A stretch of DNA of 59,651 nt, filler included, from Sphacelaria rigidula (taxonomy: Eukaryota), in the NCBI GenBank assembly GCA_964200075.2. It is 3 parts of 3 records of this genome, joined end to end, with 100 filler letters (N's around TTAATTAATTAA, not from the genome) between each part and the next. Parts side by side here need not be neighbours in the genome. Positions count along the whole stretch, not along the records: positions 1 to 19,821 come from CAXNAA020000607.1; positions 19,922 to 39,741 come from CAXNAA020000608.1; 1 more part is not named here. One strand, written 5' to 3'. Shown in pieces: positions 13,701-26,900 of the stretch. The position numbers and the translations under genes are program-made. Under the pieces are notes generated by a model that saw nothing but the letters and a program-made list of their open reading frames with translations, made no database searches and was not told where the DNA came from. How positions within the stretch are numbered: the stretch's first letter is position 1; each line of letters opens with the position of its first letter.

Positions 13701-16672
13701 GTGTCGTGTGTTGACTCTTCCTTCGAGCGATTTCGATTTCGCGGGGTATGTATATGTGTATGTGCATGTGTCTATGTATCCTGTACATATATATCTTGCC
13801 AGACCGCGACCGCGTAAATCGTCATGTTCCAACAAGTCAATGGTGTGTGGGCTTACGGTGGTTGACGAGTTGCATGTCATCGCATTCATGTATCGTCTCT
13901 GCCAATCGCAGTGGTATGTAGGGTACAAGACATAATATGACATCATGTTTGGTGGGGCACATATCGTCTCAACTATCAATTTCGATTGGTGTGCGAATTG
14001 TTCCGGCCAGGTGCATGTCATCACAACCACGTATCGACCGGTTCCTCTGGAACATCACCTCTTTGCCAACAACGAGCTGTTCGCGGTGAGTGTCAACTGC
14101 CGTGGAGATTGGTCGTAAGTATGCGAACGCTTGTACCGCAGGTGCCGGAGGATAACACCCCCTATCTCCTCCTAACATGTTTTCGATAATTATTCTGTCA
14201 AATATTGCTACGACCACGCTGACGAAATTCGGTTGCTGAGAAAGATATCGTCACATTTAGATGGCTGGGATATGTAGGGAGTTAAGCATGTTGCTTGTCG
14301 AGAGAGCCGAGATAAAAAATCGTCTCACCCAGGCAAACCATTGTGTTGTTCTCCATTACCTCCAGTACTGGAGTTCCCGAGTGTTTCTTTCCCTTCGACT
14401 CTGCCACTGGTTGTCTCTGCGTATGCCATGTATTTATACTAGTGGATATGTATCATGACTTTCTCCTGGTGTTTCTTTTCGACTTACTGGCGTGCTGTTT
14501 TTTTTTTTTCGTATTCGAGTTTTTTCAAATTGATTGATATTTCCTTCGGATCAAGAGAGGACTACCAACCATTGGCCAATGCAGCGACGTGCCCCCTGTC
14601 TACACTATTTTACATTATTCTACATATTTTTGGTCTCCGGGAGATCTTTCATCTTTCGACCGCGGGTGTGAACAAAACGATCAAGCTGTTAGTAGAAACG
14701 AAATAAGAACATGATAGAGGACGGCAGGACATCCTTGACCCTTACATTTATGGACTCGGCAACTAGGCCTACTGTTGTGTGTAATACGTGATACCTATGG
14801 TAATGCGGTCATTAACGCCATCCACAAACATCGCACGTGGTAGTACCTCACACTTTCAGTGAAGAGTGAAGAGATATGCTACTGCTCAAATACTGTCACT
14901 GCAGCGCGGGACATGCGATGTCAGACAGGTGAGGTGATTGGGGTGATGAGTCATATTGCCATTGGTTGACAAAGTGATTGAGGTTAAGCCACCAAATCAC
15001 ACCATGACAGAATTTCGGTGTCAGCTTACGCGGTTCTCTGGAAAAATCTGCACAGCGGTAGATGTCGTGCAATATGGCTAGGTCGTCGTTGCTTCAAATG
15101 GTGCGGCAGCTATTTTGTGCAGTAGGCGTGCAGCCTCTATCGAGCATCTTCGCAAAATCGGCCAAGGATGATTGACTTTGGTGCTAGGTTTTTTTTATGA
15201 ACGGTTTTGCGGAATGCAGTATCATTGAGGGCATTGGAGGGCACGGTGAAGCTCATGTGTACCCTCGATGTGCCTCGATATGTCACGTGGATGCCTTGAA
15301 GTTTTCTCTCGCTACCACGGGTAAATGTTGAAGGCATTTTTGATGTGATACCACATCCGAGCTTGTATGTGCATGCTTTTGGGGAGGGTATCTATTGCGA
15401 TCCCCACATATCCACCCCTGCGACTGCAGGTACGAGAAATCGGGCTATCACGTTATCATTACTTATAACTGTATCAGGGGTAGTGATGATGCTGTCGTAA
15501 AGACAACATTGATGGCGATAATAGCATGGCGAATAACGTACACCACGTGTTGATGAAAAACTCGTGGGGGCTGTATTTTGCTTCAGCCGTCGTACATGCT
15601 CGTTCGGCCTTCTCGGTAAGCTGGTAGGGCGTTGTCGGCTACATATGTGTCGGTACTACACGTAACGTGATTCCGAAACGAAGCTGGAAAGCGGCCTCCT
15701 CGTTGGGGAGTGGAGTAGCACATATCACTCTCATGGTTGGTTTGTTTCCCTTGGCTCCAAAGTTGCGGTTTCGAGCCTCTTGGCACCGCTCAATTCAATA
15801 CACTCATGGTAGTTGCGTACTTGAAAATGGATGTATGCTACTTGCACCGATTACTGATTCACAATGCCGCCGCGCCCTGGTGGTGTAATGGCCCGACTGT
15901 CGCCATTAGGGTAGAGAAAACGACGGAATGATTCCCGATGCGTTGGGTCTTTCCTTCGTATTATCTGATTTCCATCGTGGAAAGCATGAGAACGTGGGTA
16001 GACAAAGTAGTCGACTGAGTTTGTTTGACGTGAGTTGACGCGGTGAGGGAGTGGTGATAGTCATGACCCAGTCCGCGAGACTAGAATGCAAGGCGTGTAC
16101 CAAGTAGAGATGGGTTCATCCTTTGAGACCACGGACTCATCCCGTGGAAGGGGAGGGGTTCAAAGTGCAACAAACGAACAAAAAAACAGCATTTCGGCTG
16201 CGTGGATTTGCGTTCTGGTTCTGCACGCATTCATGGGTTATGGGTTGGCTTTGATTGCGTCAATACTGATTGCGTCAATACTTGCATGGGATTGTATTCT
16301 CATGCGCGCTCCGAAGACATCTTGTGGGGATACACCATATATAATTGGTAAATTTGGTTGCTTTCATTAAATATGCCTTTGACCGCGCTCGACATATCGT
16401 GTACTTGGCCATCTGCATGAATACACACACACAAACACACACAGACTGATGACCTTAACGCGATCCGTATCTGTTTCGTAGATCATGGACAATTTCGGGA
16501 AGTTCGACTCTAGCGGGTACAGTGCAGCCGCGGCGAAGCTTCAAAGCAAGGACGACAAGAAAAGCCAGAAAGACAAGAACAGCGGGAGTAGGGGGGGTCG
16601 TGGGGGGCGGGGAAGCACCAGCGGAGGGGGAGGCAGGGGTGGACGGGGAGGGCGAGATAGCCAAGGCAGCAA
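7712..16672 (+). CDS. SKI2: SKI2-like DExH-box RNA helicase (exosome cofactor), partial, 6 exons
   Basis: Phase-compatible AG/GT exons: 7712-7996, 8762-8914, 11391-11540, 12736-12885, 14011-14085, 16482-16672. The spliced product contains [23 protein letters not shown] (motif I), [49 protein letters not shown] (DEVH), LSAT, RPVPLEH and an RGG-rich insert. The YVND..RGVVWEE wording and the RG insert favour Ski2 over Mtr4. No further exons were found before the spacer at 19822. Confidence 0.93.
9120..9645 (+). repeat. Probable retroelement 3' end with a pyrimidine-rich tract and a tcaa-type tail; related copy at ~49540-49625
   Basis: tctatcatgtgaccacggctggatc (9566-9590) is nearly identical to tctatcgtgtgaccacgactggatc (49562-49586). 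Both follow T-rich tracts. The segment is flanked by (AGT)n and (TTA)n microsatellites. Confidence 0.5.
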
Positions 16673-16719
16673 GTGAGTATATTTCCCCCCTCCCCTCTCC
16701 GCAGGCTCCTATCTCCTTC

Positions 16720-17780
16720 GAAGTCGAGAAAATATGGAATAATATAGGGGGAAACCTCGACGAAATACTGTTCATAGGTGAAGGTGCGGGGTACAAGACA
16801 AAAGTAAGAGACGTAATAGAAATAAGGGCAAAAGAAACGCTCAGATGCAAAGAGACGAGAAAAAACACCTGAATATATACGAGGGCGCGAGAGAGGGAAT
16901 AGGAGTGAAAACATATCTGCATGGTCCAATGGACGCGGCGAAACATTCGAAACTGCGATTTCGGGTGGGGGACCTGGACCTGCCAGAAAGAAGAAAGATA
17001 TACACCAGTAGTCGAGAGGAGGAGGACGTGAATGCACAGAATTACCCGTGGAAAGCTTTAGAGAGCAGAACTTACGCACTATATGAACCATGCAGGGAGG
17101 AACGGGACGTGCTAAAGGGGGAAATGCGGGGCGTTAACGGAAGTCGCATGAGATCATTTGATGTAACAGACAATAGGGAGAAAACGATGGTCAAACTAGG
17201 AGATAAATGGTGGCCACAGACTGCGAAACAGGACGGGCAAAATATATTTAAAATGTTTTATGTAATGTACGAGCCGCACGGGACTCGGGGCTGCGCCCGG
17301 GTCCCGTCCGTCTTTTTCGAGGGTCTCGGTATTCTTGCCTTGCCAAGCCCTCTTGAGAACAGATCCTCTCTCGAAATGTTCATGCCCGCCGGAAACATTA
17401 CAAGACCACCGCGATCGCGCGTCCGTTCGAGCGGTCCCGAACGCATGTGTACCCCCGCACAAAGTAAAGCACGAATCCGCCAACCGGGCCCCTAACATTG
17501 GCATTGGCCCGAACAGTCATCTCCTGGGGCGGGTGCGAAGAAACTTGCACACTAAAAATAGCAATAAATCTCGTGGGCGCCTCGTTTTAAAGGGTGATTT
17601 ACCCTCGTGAGTTCGAAAAATTCTATATACTATGGAAGAAACGTAATGAGCACCGAAATGTTGGACGCGTCTCTATTAGGAGTAGGAACAGTGCTCCGTC
17701 TCGAAAGGGATTCGTGGTGAATGATCACACGACTTAAGCAAGCAACGAACAAGTACCCCCGCCCCCCTCCCCCTCCCCCG
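16720..17780 (+). mobile_element. 5'-truncated LINE 3' end in SKI2 intron, interrupted by an ~360-bp insertion (~17270-17628)
   Basis: The translation KHLNIYEGAREGIGVKTYLHGPMDAAKHSKLRFRVGDLDLPERRK...LGDKWWPQTAKQ continues after the insert as WKKRN..RSRNSAPSRKGFVVN. This matches my recollection of the C-terminus of an abundant brown-algal LINE ORF. The expected C-terminal Cys/His knuckle is missing in this copy. Confidence 0.7.
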
Positions 17781-19057
17781 GCGATGGCTCAGTCCTCCTT
17801 GATTTTCCTTGATTTTTCTCCTCAGGAAGACCCTGCACTTGTAGAAGAGCCTGTGTGTAGACATATCCCAACGGGAGTTTCTACGGAAAATTTCCGACAA
17901 GGTGACTCTGGGTGCCTTAAGTCTGTACCTTAGTCCGTCTAGGAGAAAGATGTGGTTGAAGGACTCACCATCTGGAGGCTGTTATCCTTCATTGCCCACG
18001 GCGCCTTGTACGGTACCGTACCGGTAGAATTACATGTGTCAAGGGAATGAATGAAGTAGGGCAAGGCCTTACGCGTGAGTGCCCCTTTGTAGGTACATGT
18101 TGCGAGGTCTTGCGAGAGGATATGCCATGTTGTTCTCTTCTGTACGTCGAACGCTTGTTGTTGTTGTTGTCGTCACATCAGTGACTCTAACACTCCAGTT
18201 GTTCAGTCACTCTGAGTTGCGGTCGGACAACAGCACCCTGTGAAGGCAATGCTCGCTATGGATAAACCAGAGGTGTCCTTATGTCCTCAGGCCCTTAGTC
18301 TGTGGACAGGGTCACGATGGAATAAAACTCGAGTACAGCTCTCCCCACGAGCTGGGCCGGCCTCGACGCAAATTTGAGCTCTCAAAGCAACATATCATCG
18401 ACACAGACGAGTTGGGCCGTGATCCGCATATCGTATTAATTGTCTCATCAAAGGGAAGGTGCCTGTGTGCTCAAAAGCCTGAGCCAATTTTTCTCGTTGA
18501 TCAAATCCCATGTCTGGTAATTCCCATACCGTACGGAGATAGCGCCCATACTAAAGTCTTATTGAAACCCCGAACGATACATTCAGCGGATGATGACGAT
18601 TTCGGTGTGGACCCTCCCTGGAGTACGGGGAGACGATCGACACTCTCACTTCCGCCTAATTCGTAATCTATCTCGAGATATGGCGCACATAAGGTTCGAT
18701 CCCAAAATCAACATATTTCGAGCGGAGACACTAAATGCACTAAATATGGATATTGCGTCTCAGTTTCTGGAAGTTGTGCTTTAAAATTTCGTATGGAGAA
18801 TCGCTAGTGCACAATGATGAAAAAATCAGCGTATTTTGTTTTCTTCGTATTTCTAGGGAATTTTTAAGGGAAAATAGACAATGCTTTCCGACCTCATCTC
18901 AGTTTTTCAGCTCAAATTTTTAAAATTGAGATTTGAAACTTATTATCGAGAATCGCAAAGGCATGTCGAAGAAAAAAAATGGGCTTTCATGCTTTTTCTG
19001 AAGAGGTATGGGCGTTCTCGTGAAAATATGATATTTACTATACTAATACGTCCTTAA

Positions 19058-19159
19058 CCCTTTGACCGCGAGGGTAGGTCACCTGCTGAATGGGCATCAA
19101 TATTCACTTGAAAAAAGTATGCATGATCCAGATGGACTACCCCCACCGCGATCTAAGGG
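19058..19159. mobile_element. Minimal piggyBac-like MITE (102 bp)
   Basis: Perfect TTAA on both sides, CCCT/AGGG termini, and imperfect TIRs (ccctttgaccgcg vs cccttagatcgcg). Confidence 0.7.
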
Positions 19160-19332
19160 TTAACAAGGGGGTGAAAAGTAATAAAAATCAATCGATCCCA
19201 CTGTTTTTGGTTCGTTATGGCCTAGCGACATCCCACACAAGTATTAAAAACACGATCCAAGTATCAAACCTTCGCCGACAAACGGCCAAAATAAATTGTT
19301 CCGAATTTCGCCCGGCCCGTCTTGTAAATCGC

Positions 19333-19591
19333 CCCGTCTTACCTCAATATTGCGAGTTGGACTTTGACATTTGGTACGGAGGAATAATAGGGCATGCTAA
19401 AAAGCTGTCGATCGGGACTGACATTTTTTCTTTTTCGTGAGTTACCGGTATCTTCCTCATATCTAGGTACTGATTATTGCCATTAACTCACGAACAAAAA
19501 AAATGATCCCGATCGACAGCTTTTCAGCATGACGTATTCTTCCTCCGTACTAAATTTCAAAGTCCAACTCGTAAAATTGAGGTGAGACGGG
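19333..19591. repeat. Inverted-repeat element (MITE-like)
   Basis: Arms of ~110 bp: ccgtcttacctcaat..gagttggactttga..aaaagctgtcgatcggga and its reverse complement at 19484-19591. Confidence 0.75.
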
Positions 19592-19821
19592 TTCTGGGTC
19601 TGGACACCATAACTTCGCGTCCAGGTTGGCCCCGCTCCTAGGCGCGAATTTTTCAGACCTACTTTGCTATTGTTATACATCAACGTTTTGCCTTGTGCAT
19701 TTCATTGTGGCGTTTTGCTGTTGCGGGTGCCTTCATGTTTGTGTTTGCTTTGCTTTATAGCAGTCAGCGTCAGAAGTTTTCAAAATTCGTAGTCGTCCTT
19801 TTTTCTGAGTTTTTCTGGAGT

Positions 19822-19921
19822 NNNNNNNNNNNNNNNNNNNNNNNNNNNNNNNNNNNNNNNNNNNNTTAATTAATTAANNNNNNNNNNNNNNNNNNNNNNN
19901 NNNNNNNNNNNNNNNNNNNNN
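19822..19921. other. Artificial contig spacer (44 N + TTAATTAATTAA + 44 N)
   Basis: Exact 100-nt linker with stops in all six frames. Confidence 0.97.
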
Positions 19922-21689
19922 GACTCATCATACTAAACCTAAGTAATTTCCAGACGAATTATTGTTCATCCGACCCTTGAAAAAGTGCGGTCGTTTTTTT
20001 TGCCGATCTGATAGGTCCACCGCATTGATGTTCATTGATGGCTTCAACTCAAAATGATGATTCGCGGTGCGCGGAGAAGAATGCAAGGAGGTGAAAAACA
20101 ATCATTTTCGATCGAAGACATGCGATCGAAAGGCACGAAGCGGCACTTGATTCCTACTATCGTACAGACCACCACGCCAATAACACCTGTTCACACGACC
20201 ATGCAAACTCCATCCAACTCATTAAAGATTGTACTCGTAGCCAAGCGAGAAGTTCTACGAGTAGGGCGCCTGGACGCTAAAAATGATTTCTTCTTTTTTT
20301 TTCACCAACAGACGCAGGCTAACATGCTTGAGCGGTCGACTTGGGCTCCATGTAGGCGGTGCCTGCCTTAGGCTCAGCAGCAATCAGCCGCGGATTGAAG
20401 CTGGGGTTTGCGCGAACAAGCTCACCATGCGTAATCTACGGCACTGCGCTGTACCGGGCCGTCCGCATAGATATGTGGGTATGCTGTACACTCACGCTAC
20501 AAGCGCCTTCCATCGATGATTTTACATCGGTACTAAGATTCTAGCAGTCAGTGCTATTTTACGGTCCAAATCTCCGCCTCGATGGGTTGCAGTCGGCCGT
20601 GGGATTTTTGCATGCACGGCCCTTTCAGGGCATCGGCGTGCATGATTCTTTGCTGGCACTCGATACCCACCGTGGGTTTGTTCATATATCGGGGTCATCT
20701 TTCACGGGCTCACTCGCGGGCTGAACCTCCACGCGCAAGAGTTGGACTTCGGTCGAAAATCGAAACACAGGCCGTCTTCTTGAGCGGGTGCACCCCGTTG
20801 GAAGAGCTCGAACGTATACGGCTCTTGTTATTTTACCACTGTTGGAGGGGCTGAAGCACAACATTTCATATCCTTGGGATACGCCGCACTCAGGTATGAT
20901 ATCCGCCACATTCAGGTAGTCTTTGAAATTCAGGTATAGGTTTGGGAGCGAAAACGGAAGACTCGGGTTGTTGTTTCTCACGTTAGCCCTTTTCCAGAAA
21001 TCTAGCGCCCATGGTCACAAAGCTATGGCACAGGCAGGTAGAAAACAAGGAAGTATAAACAATACACCAATGAACAGGAAACACGGCGCCCCGTAGAGCG
21101 GGATTCTTCACGTCACTGAAAAAAGGAAATATACACAAACAAACGCACAGCTCGCAGGAACAAACTAAAAATAAGGAGAATATCGTCGGCTACATGGTAC
21201 GCGGGCCAGTGAAGCCAAAAAAAGCCTCAGTAGGGAAACGACATCGTGCGACACAGCAGACAAGTCAGGATAGGGCAAGGCAAGGCAGAGTAAGACCACG
21301 TGACAAGGTCCAAAGGAGGGTAGGACAAAAAAAGTGAACCCACAAAAAGGGAAATGGAACGAACAAAACAGGCGAGAACAGGATAAGACAGAACAAAATA
21401 AAAACCACACAAACTAATGCAAACCTAACCAAAAACAAAACTAATGACGGGTCAAGGTGGAAGGAAAAAGGAAAAGGAGGGCGGTGACATCAGTCGGCCA
21501 CGAATCTCGCCACGCGCTTTGCCCACTCCATCTTCGTTTCTTCTCTGGCAGTGGTGTAGGGGGGCTCCCCGCCGCATTTCTATTTGATGTTGTGTCTCCT
21601 CCCGTCCCCGTTGCAGGTTCGTTTTTTCTCGGCCCGTCCGCAGCCCCGCTTTCCCTCATTCGGCCACTTGTGTCGTTTTCCGCTCTCTC

Positions 21690-22030
21690 CACATGGCGCT
21701 TCGCCGATGCTCCCTGTTCTTGTCGGTGTCACTTTGCCATTAACCATCCCACCCTCTCTTGCACCTTGCACTACCATTCTTCTGGTTCCTTGGCGCTCGT
21801 TTTCCACCTCCTCTCCTCTTTCTCTTCTCCCATATCGAAGAACATGAAGTCCTGCTCTAAGCATTGCATCCAGTCAAGCTCCTGCCGCCCTCTGTATCCC
21901 TCTCTCTTCTCCGGTCGTTCATCGATTGTCCATTCTACCTGTAGCACCCCCATGCTCGGTCCAGGCGATTTTCTAGCTCCGTCTCAATATTTCCGTCCTT
22001 GGAAATAGTCGTCCCGAGGTTAGCAAATTT
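21690..22030 (-). mobile_element. RTE-like non-LTR retrotransposon ORF remnant, internally deleted
   Basis: KFANLGTTISKDGNIETELENRLDRAW resembles the post-RT F.YLG...EI..RI..AW motif. It is joined directly to RGRQELDWMQCLEQD...WKTSAKEPEEW, a typical RTE C-terminus. Confidence 0.65.
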
Positions 22031-23973
22031 GCTGGTCGGTGTTATATCTGGCCGCCGACGTTCAGGTATACCTCGCGTTTTCCCCGCCAGAGACTGGCAT
22101 ACAGCGATTTCCGCCAATCCTGTGGCTGGAAGTATGACCGGCTTGTGGTACACATTGGGCCAGCAGTAAAATGTGCATGCCCCGGGTACACAACATTTTT
22201 TTTCAGTTCCCCGAATCAGCCCGATGTAAGTATATCGCTGTGAACCGCGACCAATCTGGTCATGCACAGCTCGACCATTGGTCGATTGGCATAGTTTTGG
22301 CAATGACACTCTTGTACTGCATTGCGTACCGGGTGGGTCTCACTTCGAGTATTTTTCTTATTTTAAAACGCTGCGGAATTGCAGACTATTTCGCCGCACC
22401 GGGCATATGAAAACTTCGATACGCAGAGTCAGGAGTGCATTGGTAATGCTGCGAGATGGTATCAAGCTCGTCAGCAGCTCCATCATGGGAGAGGACTTCC
22501 TAGCCGATTGTCGTCTACAACGAGCGAGCACGGAAAAGAGTATCCAAGTGGGACGGGGCTGCAACGCTTTGCCTCTATCAAATAACGATGGTGATTGTCG
22601 CAGTTGGAAGAAAAGGTGCTGACGGTGATTTTCTGCAACTGGGCCTCCAGAGGATCGAGAAAGTGCTCCAGATAGGCCTGGGAAAAAAGCCCAACCCATA
22701 CTGAGGCGAGAAAGACCAGTTTTCCGCATTTTTGGGGCAGATGCTCGTGTGAAAGTGCTGAAAACACTTGCAACTGAAACAAGAATGTTCTGTACAAAAA
22801 TTTCGTCAACGGCTGGAACCAGATTCTGCAAAAAAGTCGTGTTGACTGAAGTCTAACTCATGACCTCCATAACTGGAGTCTTCTCTATCATTGAGACTAA
22901 TGTGGCACAGCGGTGTCACTCAAAAAGTTGCACGCGGAGCCCAATTTTGAGTAGTTTTTAGCCGAAGTTATACAAGAATCTTCTGCACGCAATTTAAAAA
23001 TTCATGGCGGGATCAGCAACATTTTTTTTCAAATGGAGGTGTGACGTCATCTATCTTTCGCTAAAAATTCCAAATCGCTTCAACTTTTTTTTTTCCTTCT
23101 GTTTCGGAAATTTTCCGCCCATTAATAACTACAATCTCGCGTCAAAAGTTCAGCGCCCAATTCGTAAAGTTAGTCTTTTCGTCACCTGTCAACCGCGGAA
23201 AGGAAGTCTAGGGTGGCTCAGCTCGTTCCCGTCCACTGTATACTTGAATCTGGCGGAAATACGTTCAGGTATACCTGAATCTGTCGTTTGCCCTGAATAA
23301 CCGATAATATGTTGACCCTTCCCTACCACGGCGCAAATAACCTTGTGCCGGGGATCGCGACTATCCTATGATGTATGCCCCCGCGTTCCACCGAGGGGGG
23401 CTGCACTGGTGACGAATGAAGCACAAAAGACATCCCCAAGAAGTACAGTATAGTTGCGCACAGTAGTGTCTTCGCGTCGATATTGTACAGGTGGTAGCAG
23501 ATGATTTTTAGTGCGACACACTAGAAGTGGTATCCCTAAATGTTCCCATGAAGGGTTATTAATTTATTTCATGAAAAAAAATAATCTGCGCTGGTCAGTG
23601 ATTTTTTCGATGCGTATTAGCAAGGGATATTTGTCTCCCGCTCTCTAATTCTTAGTCAAGATCGGGTGAAGAACCGTGCGGTTTCCGACACCCAACAACA
23701 TACTAGCACCCGCTCAACTTCCAAGTCGAGGTCGGGCTAAAAATGGAGCGTTTACGGAGACCCACTATCATTTTAAAAAAGGTTCTTATCTTACGTACTA
23801 TGAGCCTATCTTAACGGAACCAAACAAAAAGCAAAGGAATAACAAAATGCCTCAAATCAGAATGTCATTTGGTCCAATACTGAACCCCTTCTGAGAGGCA
23901 TTGTGGCCACTTTTTACTCCGGGATCATGCGTCAATCTATGATGTTTTTTTCCATACGTATTGATCTTTTCAG

Positions 23974-26900
23974 GTGTGGCTCAACCCACGCGATTTGCCA
24001 TCACCGGAAAAAATGCGCTGCGGAGACTGCAAGCACCCGCTTTCATTTCTGGTCCAGGTGAGTCATGAGTGAGCTTCAGGGTTGCCCCCGCACGACTTCA
24101 ATCAAAAGGCATCCGAATGTTACCGAAGCGGTCCCAGGCATGCCAGGGGGAACGCCGGAGGGCTGCAGGTAGCGTTGTACATACATGCACCGGAGAAGGG
24201 ATAGGCACGGTACGCAATTTTACATTTTCTCGACTGACCAATACGTATAAGTATGGCGGGTCGTTTTTGTCATCGGCTGTGTGCAAATGCAGAGAAAAAA
24301 CTACGTACCCTCCCATATTCGATGTCTAAATAAAATATTGTAGCGCGCGTTGCTTCCACTAGTACTTCGCTCACCCATGGTTCTGCTGCGTCCAAACACC
24401 CCCCTCGAACGTCGTACTCCCTTCTCCTTGATGCCCAGCTGTACTGCCCTCTGGACCACGAGGACGACGCATTCCATCGCTGCCTTTACGTCTTCTGCTG
24501 CCCTCAGGTAAGGGCACAAACAATCGCGCGTGTAAATGCTCCGTCCAGGTCTTTACCGCGTTGCTCCTAACGTCATAATGCGGGCTGTAGCGGCTACGCT
24601 ATACCCTATGAGTGTGTTACAGATGAAGTGCTGTGATCTGTGTTAACCTGTGCGCGCGACTTTGAATGGACTCTAATCATATCTCAGTGGCTTTTGCTTG
24701 CCCTCTGTCTAGCAGGCTTCTTGCTCCACCAACTCAAGCGTGAAGGCCTTTCGCTGCCAACTTCCACGCTCCAACGATTTCTATCCCTACAAACCTGAAG
24801 ACAAAGAGATCCCGAAGGATGCCAGTAACGCTCAGGTGTGAGGTGGTCCGATGCCGTAAGTGTCTTCATGTCGTCGAGAATGTTTCCCGGTACTGCAAAA
24901 TGCACTCTATCTAGCGCAAATACTGCACTACTGCACGCACACCCATTGTCACGAAAGATTCATGCCTGTCGGAAACGCTGACGAGCAACCCTTAGATTGT
25001 GCTCTGAAATTTCCACCAGTGCTAGTGACAATTTTTTCTTTCCCCGTGTGAGAAGCTGTCGGTCTGATGATTGCTACTAACAGTCCTACCCGACCCTACC
25101 TCAGGGAACGCCTAGCACCGAGCGACGAGCAGGCGCCGACCCAGCCGCGTGGGGGGTAAAGCTCTGCTGCGTATGCGGCCAGCTCGCGAAAAGCGCGTGT
25201 TCCAAGTGCAAGCAAGCGCGCTACTGCGGACGAGAGCACCAGGCTGAGCACTGGAAAATGGGGGGGCACAAAGAGGTGTGCAGGCGTACTATTGTCATCG
25301 TTGTTCGCCGGATCAATACTTTGGCTTCTGGTACAGGCGTTCTCCCATGGTTTGCTGCCGCCGAATTGGGTTTGCTCAGTAACCTTCTAGTCCAGGGAGG
25401 GTTCCCCGCTTCTAGCCAGACTGTATGCTTGACACCATTTCTTGTCGCTCTTGAGTGAAATACTCTTGACATACCATTTGATTTCGGTACCCTGCTGCAG
25501 TCTTGCAACCGGCGTGAGGCGACGGACAAGGGTTCTGCTGTGGATGGCACGAGCAAAGCACCACGGACCCACGCGATGGCATCCGTATTTCGAGAGTTGG
25601 AGGTGGAAATCAGGCCGGAGCCGCCGCCGCCACCGGTGGCACCAGATGGACGAACCGCGGAGGATGACCTCGCCAGCAAGCTCGACTTGGGAAAAGCAGG
25701 TGCGTGATGCGAAACGGCGCCCATACCAGGAGTTACGTGCGGGCTATGTATTGGTCCGCTTCAATAATCCAATGCATTGTGGAGATTCGTTTCAACACTA
25801 CGTCTCTTAGCCAGAAAAAATGTTCGCGTGCTGTGATGTACTGTTGCTGCGGCGGCGCAGCCGCCACGCAAGGGCGTAGCCCGACGCAAAGCGCACCCCC
25901 CTGCTCCCTAGCTAGAAAAGGGGGCCCGCTGGAGGCAAAAAATGCGTATTCTGCTTTGCTTCTCCGTAATACCAAGCCTTCTGCTGACCGCCCAAGGGTA
26001 CAGGCGTTCTACGGGTACGAATATATTTTTTGCCAACAAAACGGAACGAAAATAGCGGATATTGAAGAAGATTTTCTGCTGAGTGCCGCCCGCTGAGATA
26101 TGCTGTATACCTTGTACCCTGAGAAATGAAATGCTGCTGGAGTGTCGTTTCATACGTGTGGTCTGCCGCTGGGGGTCGGGCTCTTGCAGCAAGCTAGACG
26201 ATCATTGGGAAAAGACGTTAACCCTTTTGGAACGGTTGGTGAAAAAGTGACGATTTACAAAGACCCATATGCGAGCTTTCGTCAGCGGGAAAACATCACT
26301 TGGAGTTCGGTGCACGAATCTGTCACATTAGTTTACTTGAACTTGAAGTGGTGCACCGGTTTGGTGGGTTGCATCAACAGTTGGAGAAAAACAACCATAT
26401 GTGGCCCAAGAAAACATCGATTGTAAATCGTCACTTTTCCATCAACGGTTCCATAAGGGTCAACACGCACACGATATGTGGATGGTGATGTGTGGTATAG
26501 CATGCGTACTGTAGCAACACATGGGTACATCGTTGCCGCTGATATTTAATGCCGATACATTCCAATGCATGATGTTGGTGTAATACTTTGTCCTTGAAGA
26601 TCGCCCAAAGTTTTTCCAAAATTTGGAGTGTTTTTTCTGTACACTTTATTGCAACGTCAAGCGTGTGCAATCTCTGCCCAGATTTTTGACACTTTTCGCT
26701 TGTACCTTGGTGCAGATATCAGCGACGGTGTCGATGAAGACGCCAAGCTGTCGCAGGCGGAGCTTGACAAGATTGCGGTGAGTCTTGCACCCTGTTTGGT
26801 TCGGACTTCTTTTGATCACGTTTTCTCACTCGACCAGTGGCGGTATGCACCCTGAGGAAGAGCCTTGCGAGTACCACAATTGCGAGAAGCCGTGGTCTCG

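Noticed and set aside
19866-19877. TTAATTAATTAA as a biological motif
   Set aside because: It is centred in N runs and repeated identically at 39786-39797, so it is a synthetic linker.
19922-23973. Continuation of SKI2 or first exon of PDCD2
   Set aside because: No helicase motif IV-VI exon and no convincing PDCD2 N-terminal exon was found by eye.
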